Counted from the stretch's first letter, positions 12,716-25,140 are shown. The stretch is 64,000 nucleotides of DNA from Octopus sinensis (GCF_006345805.1 NC_043023.1:3658001-3722000), one strand, 5' to 3'. Translations and numbers: made by a program. The notes: generated from the sequence alone by a model not told the origin.

Positions 12716-12914
12716 TAGGTTTACACACACACACACAAATACATAAACTTAATAGCTAGCTATGTGTGTGTAGATGGATAGCTAGGCAGGCAGACAGACA
12801 GACTGACAGGAACACACACACACCACACATAAACCTCTCTAATCACCTGATATGAATGATAATATATAAATAGCATAGATACATAGAAATGAGCAATCAC
12901 TAGTGTAACACCCT

Positions 12915-14012
12915 GCAGAGGTGTTGTTTAACCCCAGGTCAAAGACCTAGGATCAAGGATCTCCAACACTACATTATCTGATGTGTAGTATAGGAGTTAG
13001 TATTAGTGGTTAAGGCTGTTGTTGTTGTTTAGCCCCAGGTCAGTCCTGATCCAGCAGACCAATGATCAAAGAGGTTCCAGCTGTGACCATCCCATCTTTT
13101 ATTCAGGCATAGTGTAGCATGGACTACATTATCAAATGTATAGTATAGTAGTTAGTATTAGTGGTTATAGTTGGTGTTGTTTAGCCCCAGGTCAGTCCTG
13201 ATCCAGCAGACCAATGATCAAAGAGGTTCCAGCTGTGACCATCCCATCTTTTATTCAGGCATAGTGTAGCATGGACTACATTATCAAATGTATAGTATAG
13301 TAGTTAGTATTAGTGGTTATAGTTGGTGTTGTTCAGCCCTAGGTCAGTCCTGATCGAGATAGGCCAATGATCAAAGATGTTCCATTTGTGACCATCCCAT
13401 CTTTTATTCAGGCATAGTGTATCTAGGACTACATTATCTAATGTACAGTATAATAGTTAGCATTAGTAGCTATTGTTATTACTGTTTAGCCCCAGGACAA
13501 CCCTGATCCAGTAGTCCTATGATCATAGATGTTCCAGCTGTGACCATCCCATCTTTTATTCAGGCCTAGTGTATCTAGGACTACATTATCTAATGTATAG
13601 CATAGTAGTCAATATTAGTCGCTGTATTTTTTATTATTTAGCCCTAGGTCAGTCCTAAACCAGTAAACCTATGATCTAAGATGTTCCAGCTGTGAGCATC
13701 CCATCTTTTTTTTTCAGGCATCGTGTATGTAGGACTACATTATTTAATGTACAGTATTTAGCATTAGGGGTTATAGGTGTTTAGTCACTTCAAGGCAGTC
13801 CTGATTTGGTAGATTTGCAATCAAAGATGGACGTTCCATTTGTGACCATCCAATCTTTTATTCAGACATAGTATATCTAGGACTACATTACTTAATGTTA
13901 ATGGCTGTAGTTTTGGGTTTTAGCCCCAGGTCAGTCGTGATCCAACAGATCTATGATCAAATATGCTCCAGCTGTGATCATCAAATCTTTTTGTCAAGTA
14001 TAGTGTATCAGG
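12915..14012 (+). repeat. ~152-bp satellite family C, ~7 units
   Basis: ccc(c/t)agg recurs near 13033, 13185, 13337, 13490, 13642, 13924. Confidence 0.9.
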
Positions 14013-14026
14013 GACTGTATTAAAAA

Positions 14027-14519
14027 ATCAGAGAGAGATAGAGAGAGAAAGAGAGAGAGAAAGTGAATAAGAGGGTGTGAAAGAGAGAGGGGGTGGGAGA
14101 GAAAGAGTGATTGATAAAGAGTGAAAGAAAGATAAAGAGTGAAAGAGAAAGAGTGAGAGAGAAAGAGTGAGAGAGAAAGAGTGAGAGAGAAAGAGTGAGA
14201 GAGAAAGAGTGAGAGAGAAAGAGTGAGAGAGAAAGAGTGAGAGAGAAAGAGTGAGAGAGAAAGAGTGAGAGATAAAGTGTGAAAGAGAGAGGAAGTGTGA
14301 GAGAGAAAGGGTGAGAGGAGGAGAGGAAGAGAGAGAGAGAGAGAGGAAGAGTGAAAGAGGGAGAGAAAGAGTGAAAGAGAGAGAGAAAGAGTGAAAGAGA
14401 GAGAGAAAGAGTGAAAGAGAGAGAGAAAGAGTGAAAGAGAGGAAGAGTGAAAGAGAGAGAGGAAGAATGAAAGAAAGAAAGGTAGAGTGAAAGAGAAGTG
14501 AAAGCAAGAGAAGAAGAAT

Positions 14520-14555
<36 letters not shown>
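14027..14555. repeat. Polypurine tract with 14-bp GAGAGAAAGAGTGA units
   Basis: Direct reading. Confidence 0.95.
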
Positions 14556-14556
<1 letters not shown>

Positions 14557-14739
14557 GAGAAGCATTTAGAAGCATGTGTATGTGGAGATGTGTTTAGCTC
14601 CAATGCCTAAAAGTACTTTTGCTAAAAGAGGTTGATGACCAGATTGCTATGTCAAACCAACTGCATCCAATCACCCAATTGTTACATTCCATTTGTGGGT
14701 GGGAGTGGATGAGTAAAGGCGATCACCTCCAGATTATCA

Positions 14740-14970
14740 CATGTATTTTATAGAAACATTAATTTCCAGACAGCCAAATTTGGTACAGATTGATCCAGCA
14801 GTTTGGCCACGCCTAGAGGAAACACACACACACACAGGCAGTAAGAATAAAAGCGAAACAATTAATGAAAGAATATAAAGTGAAACAATTAATGAAAGAA
14901 TACAAGCGAAACAATTAATGAAAGAATAAAGTGAAACAATTAATGAAAGAATACAAGTGAAACAATATTA
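14740..14970 (-). mobile_element. Non-autonomous Helitron-like fragment plus ~26-bp tandem repeat x5
   Basis: (TG)n..ggatcaatctgtaccaaatttgg core motif; aag(c/t)gaaacaattaatgaaagaata repeats at 14850-14965. Confidence 0.5.
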
Positions 14971-15122
14971 ATACTCTCAGTCTGCCCCTGCATCCAACCC
15001 ATGCCAAGTTGGGAAAAATGCTAAATCATCATGATGAAGTCTAAATGGGTGAAATGTAAAGTTGACCTCAAGAGAACTTGAACTCAAAACAAGCCAGAAC
15101 AAATTCTCTCAAAGAATTCACA

Positions 15123-15524
15123 TACTCTTTACTCTTTTACTCGTTTCAGTCATTTGACTGTGGCCATGCTGGAGCACCACCTTTAGTCGAGCAAATCGAC
15201 TCCAGGACTTATTCTTTGTAAGCCTAGTACTTATTTTATCGGTCTCTTTTGCCGAACCACTAAGTTACGGGGATGTAAACACACCAGCATCGGTTGTCAA
15301 GCGATGTTGGGGGGACAAACAGACACACAAACACACATATATATATATACATACATATATACGATGGGCTTCTTTCAGTTTCCGTCTACCAAATCCACTC
15401 AAAAGGCTTTGGTCGGCCCGAGGCTATAGTAGAAGACTCTTGCCCAATGTGCTATGCAGTGGGACTGAACCCAGAACCATGCCGTTCGTAAGCAAGCTAC
15501 TTACCACACAGTCACTCCTACACC
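15123..15524 (-). mobile_element. SINE A
   Basis: Full-length. Confidence 0.9.
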
Positions 15525-15799
15525 ACATCTACACTTTAAGCATTTTGCCATAACACAACTCTAAGATAAGCTCTGATAATCCTGCTCCCTGTAGAGAATT
15601 GGCACCTGCCAAAGAACAAATACATTTTCGAAATTTTTTTTTTATCGGTTATTCAGAGAAATGGGTTATACTCATGACTATTCACAGAGATTCTGATATT
15701 GGTGAAAGTGAAGGAAAGAAAGGATCATGCATTGTAACCATGTGACTTCAGGTCCCGTACCACCACACAGCCCCGTTCACTGTAGCCCAGGATGAATGG

Positions 15800-16405
15800 A
15801 TACCTATTTCTTTACTACCCACAAGGGGCTAAACACAGAGAGGACAAACAAGGAAAGACAAATGGATTAAGTCGATTATATCGACTCCAGTGCGTAACTG
15901 GTACTTATTTAATCGACCCCAGAAGGATGAAAGGCAAAATAGACCTCGGCGGAATTTAAACTCAGAACGTAACGGCAGACAAATACCTATTTCTTTACTA
16001 CCCACAAGGGGCTAAACACAGAGGGGACAAACAAGGACAGACAAAGGGATTAAGTCGATTGCATCGACCCCAATGCATAACTGGTACTTAATTTATCGAC
16101 CCCAAAAGGAAGAAAGGCAAAGTCATCTTCGATGGAATTTGAACTCAGAACGTAGTGGCAGACGAAATACCTATTTCTTTGTTACCCACAAGGGGCTAAA
16201 CGCTGAGGATACAAACAAGGACAGACAAACGGATTAAGTCAATTGCATCGACCCCAGTGCGTAACTGGTACTTATTTAATCGACCCCGAAAGGATGAAAG
16301 GCAAAGTCGACCTCGGTGGAATTTGAACTCAGAACGTAACAGCAGGCGAAATACCGCTAAGCATTTCATCTGGCGTGCTAACGTTTCTGTCAGCTCGCCA
16401 CCTTA
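15800..16405 (-). mobile_element. SINE B with head plus three tandem body units
   Basis: Units joined at GAAATAG|GTATTT. Confidence 0.9.
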
Positions 16406-16831
16406 TGAATGAATACCTTGTGAGTGAATATGATAGAGGGAAACTGTGTGGAAGCCTAGTGTGTGAGAGATAGAAAAAGAAGATGGGCATTGAGACTTGG
16501 TACTATAAATAAAAAGATTATGAAGTTAGTACCCATGTTGTTGTTTTTCTTATTACTGCTGTGCTCTTTGTGATATGTTACAGTTCCCAGCTCAACAGTA
16601 GAGAACCCATGTGTACATGCAGCAGAGGGAGTTTAAAGTGAATAGCATTAGAGCTGAAACCGGAATGGATTAATTGCTAGCCAGCTCCATGGTCAAACCG
16701 TCCAACCCATGCCAGCATGGAGAGCAGACGTTACACGATGATGATGAGGAATATATATCTTTACTATTCTGTCCCATATTCACATTGTATATAAGACAAA
16801 ATTGAGTGAAAAAACTACAGAAGACTTATAG

Positions 16832-16998
16832 GCGGAGGAGTGGCTGTGTGGTAAGTAGCTTGCTTACCAAACACATGGTTCCGGGTTCAGTCCCACTGCG
16901 TGGCACCTTGAGCAAGTGTCATCTACTAAAGCCTCGGGTTGACCAAAGCCTTGTGAGTGGATTTGGTAGATGGAAACTGAAAAGAAGCCCGTCGTATA

Positions 16999-17029
<31 letters not shown>

Positions 17030-17233
17030 ATGTGCTTGTGGCCCCAACATCGCTTGACCACCGATGATGGTGTGTTTACGTCCTCATAACTTAGTGGTTC
17101 GGCAAAAGAGACTGATAGAATAAGTACCAGGCTTACAAAGAATAAGTCCTAGGGTCGATTTTCTCGACTAAAGGCGGTGCTCCAGCATGGCCACAGTCAA
17201 ATGACTGAAACAAGTAAAAGAGTAAAAAGAGAG
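16832..17233 (+). mobile_element. SINE A
   Basis: Full-length. Confidence 0.9.
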
Positions 17234-17254
17234 ACTTGTATATATATACATATA

Positions 17255-18187
17255 TTGTTTGTCCCCTCTGTGTTTAGCCCCTTGTGGGTAGTAAAGAAAT
17301 AGGTATTTCGTCAGCCATTACGTTTTGAGTTCAAATTCCACCAAGGTCGACTTTGCCTTTCATCCTTTCGGGGTCGATTAAATAAGTACCAGTTACACAC
17401 TGGGGTCGATATAATCGACTTAATCCGTTTGTCTGTCCTTGTTTGTCCCCTCTGTGTTTAGCCCCTTGTCGGTAGTAAAGAAATAGGTATTTTGTCTGTC
17501 TTTACTTTCTGAGTTCAAATTCTGCCGAGGTCGACTTTGCCTTTCATTCTTTCGGGGTCGATTAAATAAGTACCAGTTACACACTTAATCGACTTAATCC
17601 CTTTGTCTGTCCTTGTTTGTCCTCTCTGTGTTTAGCCCCTTGTGGATAGTAAAGAAATAGGTATTTCGTCAGCCGTTACGTTCTGAGTTCAAATTCCTCC
17701 GAGGTCGACTTTACCTTTCATCTTTTCGGGGTCGATAAATTAAGTACCAGTTACGCACTGGGGTCGATTTAATCAACTTAATCCGTTTGTCTGTCCTTAT
17801 TTGTCTCCTCTGTGTTTAGCTCCTTGTAGGTATTAAAGAAATAAGTATTTCATCTGCTGCTGCGTTCTGCGTTCAAATTCCGCTGAGGTCAACTTTGCCT
17901 TTCATCCTTTCGGGGTCGATTAAATATGTACCAGCTACACACTGGGGTCGATATAATCGACTTAATCCGTCTGTCTGTCCTTGTTTGTCCCCAAAGAAAT
18001 AGGTATTTCGTCTGCCGCTACGTTCCGAGTTCAAATTCCACCGAGGTCGACTTTGCCTTTCATCCTTCGGGGTCGATTAAATAAGTACCAGTTACGCACT
18101 GGGGTCGATGTAATCTACTTAATCCATTTGTCTGTCCTTGTTTGATCCCTCTGTGTGTAGCCCCTTGTGGGTAGTAAAGAAATAGGT
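17255..18187 (+). repeat. Headless tandem array of ~5.5 SINE B body units (~160-185 bp)
   Basis: Junction aaagaaata(g/a)gtattt near 17300, 17485, 17657, 17840, 17998. Confidence 0.9.
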
Positions 18188-18818
18188 TGTCATGTCTTAG
18201 AAAGAGCATCGGCTGCAGAAACCATGCCCTCTGCGCCGTCGTCTCTTGTCAGAAAGTTCAATCCATTACCAGCTATGAGGACAGGGAGAGAGAGACAAGG
18301 AAGAAAGGGATATTAAAGCCATATTATTAAGAAATAAAATTGAAGAATGAGAGATAGAGAAAGAAGATAGGGCGGAGGGAGAAGAACGAGATAGAGAAAG
18401 GAATATAAAATGCAAATGACGAGAGAAAGAAAGATGGGATAAAAAGGAGGTAAAGTGAAGAAAAATATGATAGAAAGAAAAAAACAGGCGGAGAAAGACA
18501 GAAGAATGAAAGAGAATTTGGGGAGGAAAGTAACAGACGTGAGGAAGGGTGGGAGGAGAGGAAGAGAAAGAGGGTTTAGGACCGAAAAGAAAGCAAGTCG
18601 TGTGGAAAGGGGAAGGAAGGGGAAGATAGAAACAAAGAGACGTGCAGAGGGAGAGAGCGAGAGAGAGAGAGCGAGAGAGAGAGAAAGAGAGAATGTGAGA
18701 GACAGGAAATCAAATTGAAAAACAAAAAAAACTTGTTGGCGGGAATGAAAATTAAGAGGAAGGTGCGTCACGTAGGGAAAGAACAGGAATGTGACACTAT
18801 ACACACGACATATGTATG

Positions 18819-18876
<58 letters not shown>

Positions 18877-18938
18877 CACACATATATATATATATATATA
18901 CACACAGCAAACTCTGCTACCACTAAGATTACTACTGT

Positions 18939-19167
18939 TACTCTTTTACTTGTTTCAGTCAATTTGACTGTGGCCATGCCGGAGCACTGCCTTCTAGTCG
19001 AGCAGATCGACCCCAGGACTTATTCTTTGTAAGCCCAGTACTTATTCTATAGGTTTCTAATGCCGAACCGCTAAGTTACGGGGACGTAAACACACCAGCA
19101 TCGGTTGTCGAGCGATGTTGGGGGGAGGGACAAACACAGACACACAAACATATACACACACACACAC

Positions 19168-19204
<37 letters not shown>

Positions 19205-19505
19205 AGTAGGTACTGTAAATTTAGGGTGAATACTTGATAAGTATAAGCACCTGTATATGCCAGAGTGGCAGAGGTGAGAGGGAATATATCAAATAAAATT
19301 AAAAACAGAACACAAAGGATATATATATATATATACATATATACGACGGGCTTCTTTCAGTTTCCGTCTACCAAATCCACTCACAAGGCTTTGGTCGGCC
19401 CGAGGCTATAGTAGAAGACACTTGCCCAAGGTGCCACGCAGTGGGACTGAACCCGGAACCATGTGGTTGGTAAGCAAGCTACTTACTACACAGCCACTCC
19501 TACAC
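18939..19505 (-). mobile_element. SINE A with ~115-bp insertion (19203-19318) in its TA spacer
   Basis: Tail and head intact on either side of unique sequence embedded in (TA)n. Confidence 0.85.
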
Positions 19506-19929
19506 CTTACTATACTATTATTAGTGTCACTAAGTCCTTATTAAGATATTGCTTATACAAGAGACCTACTTGATTACAACAGACCAGGATTATATATATA
19601 TATACATACACATATACATATGTGTGTTCATGTATATGTATATATTCAGGAAGCTAAGATTTTACAACTTCCTTTTATAAATGTATCCACATGCTTCGCG
19701 CGCGCTTGTATATAAATATATATACATATATATACACATACATACGCAACAGATATATGTATATATGTCCGTCATCGTCTGACAACCAATGTTGGTGTGT
19801 TTACGTCCCCGTAACATCGCTGTTCGGCAAAAGATATCGATAGAATAAAGTGCTGGGGTCGATTCATTCGACTAAAAATTCTATGCGGTGGTGCTCCACT
19901 ATGGCCGCAACCTCGTAACTGAAGCAGGT

Positions 19930-20129
19930 AAAAGATATATACTTACACACAAACATGGACACAGTGGACATTGCCCAGGGGCCACATGAGTTTAGAAACC
20001 CCAGTACAAATTTATGTAGGGCTGTAGCTGTCTTTATAAGGGTCCTATGACAGCTTTGTGCAAAGACTTATAATGTATTGAGACAGCCCTGACACACACA
20101 TGCATACATGTACAAGAGGGTGATGTATT

Positions 20130-20164
<35 letters not shown>

Positions 20165-20286
20165 GTAAACAGTAAAAATAATTACAGACATGGACAAGAA
20201 CATGAAACACCACAGAGACGACACAAGAACCACAGGACGGGACATTCGAAGCCCTCAGTCATCAGTCAAGAACCAGATCATCTTAG

Positions 20287-20329
<43 letters not shown>

Positions 20330-21670
20330 AATACATCACCCTCTTGTACTGTCTTATATTCCTCCCCACCACTACAAACACAACACCACTATAAAATGGT
20401 CAAAACTTTTCACACAGGAACTTAGTTCGATTTGAAAACCCCACTAGAATGGGAGAAAGCGCTAATACATGATCTAAGTTATATGATATATAAAAACGTA
20501 ATATACAAATAAATATCTGTAAATATAAAACCATCCGATTTTCTGAGTACCTCATTTCTTCTAATATAAAATACATGTACATCATCTCCAAACCTTCCAA
20601 TATATATATACATATATACACACATATATGTTCAAACATACACTTATGCGCGCGTACATGTTATATATACTACGAAGTGCCTGCTAAGAGACTAAATTAT
20701 AATTTAATAAAACTAATACTCATTCCATTACCTCAATATACAACTCTCTCTCTCTTTTACTAACTTATAAAAAGTTCGTTACAACTTTATATACATCTGT
20801 ATGATGTAATATGTATCTATGTATGTATATATGTCATCATCATGTTTGTAATATATGTACGTGTGTGTACAGAGAGACTTTTTTTACACATGTATTGAAT
20901 TCATTTAGTGTCCGTAGATTTTTTTTTTACCTTAAAATACACTCACACATACGTGTATATATATATACAAGCGTGTTACCAAGCACACATAACGTGGGGA
21001 CAGATATGAGTAAGAGACAACGAGGTAGCCTGTACGAGGACGCTCGTAATGCTAAAACGAGCAGCTAAATTTAGCTCAAATTACAACATACTATCTACAA
21101 AAAAGAACGACACGACACTGAAATGCAGTAGCCCTAGATATAATACTATGAACGAAAAGATGTAAGGGTGAAGATGGTTAGAACACTTTGGGTTCATGAG
21201 GTCACCTTGACCAGGGAGTGACTTGAAATTAAACAAGCAACACGTGTTTCCAATACAAGATTGCGTCATCAGTTTTAAGCGGGTAGCGGTTGGAGAGGAC
21301 ACACCCAGCACAGCATGTCCCCAAATCAGGGGCGTATGCTCTGGGTGTGCACTAACACACCCATCGAAAATGGCAAATTCATTATAAATATTAACCTTCC
21401 TTATTTATTTAACCACAAATCATAATGGAAAACTTTTGTTATAAACCCTTGCTTGAAAGGTGGTGACGGGTGTCTTGAAATAATAGCGCATGGTATAATA
21501 AAAGATATATACATACATCACATGGACACACTGGGCATTGCCCAGGGGCCACATGAGTTTAGAAACCCCAGTACAAAATTATGTAGGGCTGTAGCTGTCT
21601 TTATAAGGGTCCTATGACAGCTTTGTGCGGAGACTTATAATGTATTGAGACATCCCTGATGCAAACATGT
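19930..21670 (+). repeat. ~170-bp direct repeat pair (19930-20110 and 21500-21670)
   Basis: cattgcccaggggccacatgagtttagaaaccccagtacaaa.ttatgtagggctgtagctgtctttataagggtcctatgacagc shared. Confidence 0.9.
20110..20349. repeat. Inverted arms gtacaagagggtgatgtatttg(ta)n enclosing a 130-bp core
   Basis: 20110-20135 is the reverse complement of 20324-20349. Confidence 0.9.
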
Positions 21671-21984
21671 ATGTACATGTGCGTATATATATATACAAAT
21701 ACATATATACACACACAGATATGGTACCAGGCATATCGTAGTATAATGAAAGAATGGCAAAAAAAATTATGGTGAGGGTGGGCGACAGCTTTGACAGTAC
21801 GGTCGCCTGTTCGTGTTCGCGGTGAGAAGTTGTACGTTTAAATTAATTCAAAATTCCTGAACGAAAGCTAATTTCTTTTACAATAATTGTTTTCTTACAA
21901 TATAATCATATAGCTTTGATCTTAATTTGTTTCCAAAACTAATAATAAAGTGGTTCGTTGTACGACGAGATGGAACTTACACCT

Positions 21985-22544
21985 CTCTCTCTATATCAGG
22001 GGTTTTCAACCAGGGTTCCGCCAGTACAGTCCAGGGGTCCGCAAGAAGTTACAAAAATGCTAAAAATCGACAGTAATTTTTAATTCTCCTGTGCAGATAT
22101 GTGTGCAGAAGACTATTAAATTATTGCACAGGGGTTCCCCGAGCCAGTGAAATGTTTCCTTGGGGTTCCGCCCCAGCAAAAAGTTTGAAAAGCACTACTC
22201 TATATAAAGCTGAAGTTGTCTGTGTATGGCAGGTTTGGTAGCCTTCAACAAACACCATTTCCTCCGAGAGTATGATAGAAGAAGGCTTGCTCTTCCTTCC
22301 GTAGAAGAAAAAATTCAAATCAGACCATGTTAACACCAAAAATTATTTACATCAAAAAGGTATTATTTTTTTCTATGAAAATCCCTATTTTTGACTGGTG
22401 TGTCGCGATTTTCGGTGTATTTCAACCAGAAAAATGTTCACTTAAAGAGAATAACAAGCTACATAATGCAAAATTTTTACTTTTCAAAAATTCCAATTCT
22501 AAAGGGTCGAAACAAACCCGAGCAACGCCGGGCTATACTGCTAG
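21985..22544 (+). mobile_element. Non-autonomous Helitron (family H1) with an hAT MITE inserted near its 5' end
   Basis: 5' TCTATATA start, 3' hairpin CCCGAGCAACGCCGGG then CTAG (22541-22544). Confidence 0.85.
21997..22197. mobile_element. 201-bp hAT-type MITE
   Basis: Ends CAGGGGTTTTCAA / TTGAAAAGCACTA; exact 8-bp TSD ctctatat on both sides. Confidence 0.9.
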
Positions 22545-23027
22545 TTAATTAAAAATTCCTGAACTAAAAGCTAATTTCTTTTACAGTAATTGTAATTACA
22601 ATATAATCATATAACTTTGATCTTAATTTGTTTTCAAAACTAATAATAAAGTGGTTCATTATACAACGAGGTTATCCTAACATTTTTACGTCTCAAAGAA
22701 GAATGGAACTTAATATTGAAATAAAATTATGTGGTTTCTTATTTATCAGTGTTTGCACATAAGAAAATCATGGCTCATTTTAGAATGCTTACAATTTAAA
22801 TACGGAATTATTAATTCAGTTTAATTTAGTGCCATATATCTGTATCCCAGTTGAATTAAGTTTACATTATTTACATTTTGGATTCCGCATTTTGAATAGA
22901 AATACAAAGTTTGTTTGCTTAATTTGAGTAATAGTGATGTTAATCATAGTACGGTCTGTGTGACAGTATACCTAATAACAACGACCATACACCACTGAAC
23001 CACATGTCGGTCGTCCCATACACTGGA

Positions 23028-23395
23028 TGGAAGCACTCCGTCGGTTACGACGACGAGGGTTCCGGTTGATCCGACCAACGGAACAGCCTGCTCGTGAAAT
23101 TAACGTGTAAGTGGCAGAGCACTCCACAGATACGTGTACCCTTAACGTAGTTCTCGGGGATATTCAGCGTGACACAGAGAGTGACAAGGCCGGCCCCTTG
23201 AAATACAGGTACAACAGAAACAGGAAGTAAGTGTGAGAGAAAGTTGTGGTGAAAGAGTACAGCAGGGATCACCACCATCCCCTGCCGGAGCCTCATGGAG
23301 CTTTAGGTGTTTTCGCTCAATAAACACTCACAACGCCCGGTCTGGGAATCGAAACCGCGACTCCGCTGCCCTAACCACTGGGCCATTGCGCCTCC
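23028..23395 (-). mobile_element. tRNA-SINE family D (GGAGGCGCAATGGCCCAGTGGTTAG head)
   Basis: A/B boxes; its 3' module is shared with the SINE at 43523-43855. Confidence 0.85.
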
Positions 23396-23779
23396 ACTCC
23401 CATACACTACACACACAGAGAAACATCCTCTGCGTTACAGAAACATATTCTAGAAACTTTCTGCTGTAATACAAAACGTAATTCTTCAATTAAAACCATG
23501 TTTCACGCTGTGACAAAATTTTCAGAAACACTGTAATAGCGAAACACGTGGGAAGAGGGTCACACCACATTCACACTTCCTTGTAATTTATACATGGCGA
23601 GTGTCTTAGAGTGCGCTCGTAAAAGAAACTGCTACTTGTTGTTGGTTACCGCTTATCAGGAACAGACTCAAGGAGGAAGGAGGTGAGAGGCACGTGTCCC
23701 CACCCCCAAGAAAAAATGTGCACCTTTCTAAATAATATTTTTACGCCCTTTTCTCTTGGAACGGTATTCCCTTCTGAAA

Positions 23780-24422
23780 GGCGGCCAGCTGGCAGAATCG
23801 TTAGCACGCCGGGCGAAATGCTTAGCAGTATTTCGTCTGCCGCTACGTTCTGAGTTCAAATTCGGCCGAGGTTGACTTTGCCTTTCATCCTTTCAGGGTC
23901 GATAAATTAAGTACCAGTTACACACTGGGGTCGATGATGTAATCGACTTAATCCCTTTGTCTGTCCTAGTTTGTCCCCTCTATGTTTAGCCCCTTGTGGG
24001 CAATAAAGAAATAAGAAACGTTAGCACACCGGGTGAAATACTTGGTGGTATTTCATCTGCCGTTACATTCTGAGTTCAAATTCCTCCGAGGTCGACTTTG
24101 CTTTTCATCCTTTCGGGGTCGATAAATTAAGTACCAGTTATGCACTGGGGTCGATGTAATCGACTTAATCCCTTTGTCTGTCCTTGTTTGCCCTCTCTGT
24201 GTTTAGCCCCTTGTGGGTAGTAAAGAAATACGTATTTTGTCTGCCGCTACGTTCTGAGTTCAAATTCCACCAAGGTCGACTTTGCCTTTCATCCTTTCGG
24301 GGTCGATAAATTAAGTACCAGTTACGCACTGGAGTCGATGTAATCGACTTAATCCGTTTATCTGTCCTTGTTTGTCCCCTCTGTGTGTAGCCCCTTGTGG
24401 GCAGTAAAGAAATAGGTATTCC
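23780..24422 (+). mobile_element. SINE B multimer with two heads and three bodies
   Basis: Junctions GAAATAAG|AAACGTTAGC (~24014) and GAAATAC|GTATTT (~24231). Confidence 0.9.
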
Positions 24423-24741
24423 CTTCTGACCTTGTGCCCTCCCATCAAAAAATTCTTGGCACCACTCCTGCTTGTTATCCCACCTTCCCGAGTAATCACA
24501 AGAGATTGTCAGGTGTGTGATACTCTGTACAGCATAGGAGAAATATTATTAATAACGAGAGGTTTTTCTGATGGAAATTTTTATATTTTAGTAATGTGTA
24601 GCTACATATGTTTCAGCATAACATGTGTTTGTGAGAATGTAGTCACAAACAAACATGTCATGCGGAAACACATGAAGAAGCAATGCAGTAATAAAAGAGA
24701 AAAATTTCCATCTGAAAAATTTCTTGTTATTAAAATATATA

Positions 24742-24894
24742 TGTGGCTGTGTGGAAAGTAGCTTGCTTACTAACCACATGGTTCTGGGTTCTGTCCCACT
24801 GCATGGCACCTTGGGCAAGTGTCTTCTACTATAGCCTTGGGTTGACCAAAGCCTTGAGTGGATTTGGTAGAAGGAAACTGAAAGAAGCCCGTCG

Positions 24895-24929
<35 letters not shown>

Positions 24930-25140
24930 ATATGTTTGTGTGTCTGTGTTTGTCCCCACAACATCGCTTGACAACCGAAGCTGGTGTCTTTATGTCCCCG
25001 TAACTTAGCAGTTTGGCAAAAGAGACCGAATAGAATAAGTACTAAGCTTACAAAGAATAAATCCTGGAGTCGATTTGCTCGACTAAAGGCGGTGCTCCAG
25101 CATGGCCACAGTCAAATGACTGTAACAAGTAAAAGAGAGG
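24742..25140 (+). mobile_element. SINE A (extra tail end at 25228-25285)
   Basis: Full-length. Confidence 0.9.

Noticed and set aside
13994-14603. Long ORFs of 180-330 aa here and at 30091-31097, 40643-41260, 61446-62255
   Set aside because: They are translations of CT/GA microsatellites (SLSL, RERE) with no domain content
16520-16640. Signal-peptide-like MKLVPMLLFFLLLLCSL
   Set aside because: Stops after 17 codons; T-rich DNA readily gives hydrophobic runs
20215-20275. Hammerhead at CTGATGA (minus strand, 20258-20264)
   Set aside because: No stem II pairing and GAAT instead of GAAA
22980-23005. 5S rRNA-like start ACGACCATAC
   Set aside because: Similarity ends within ~20 nt, with no internal control region
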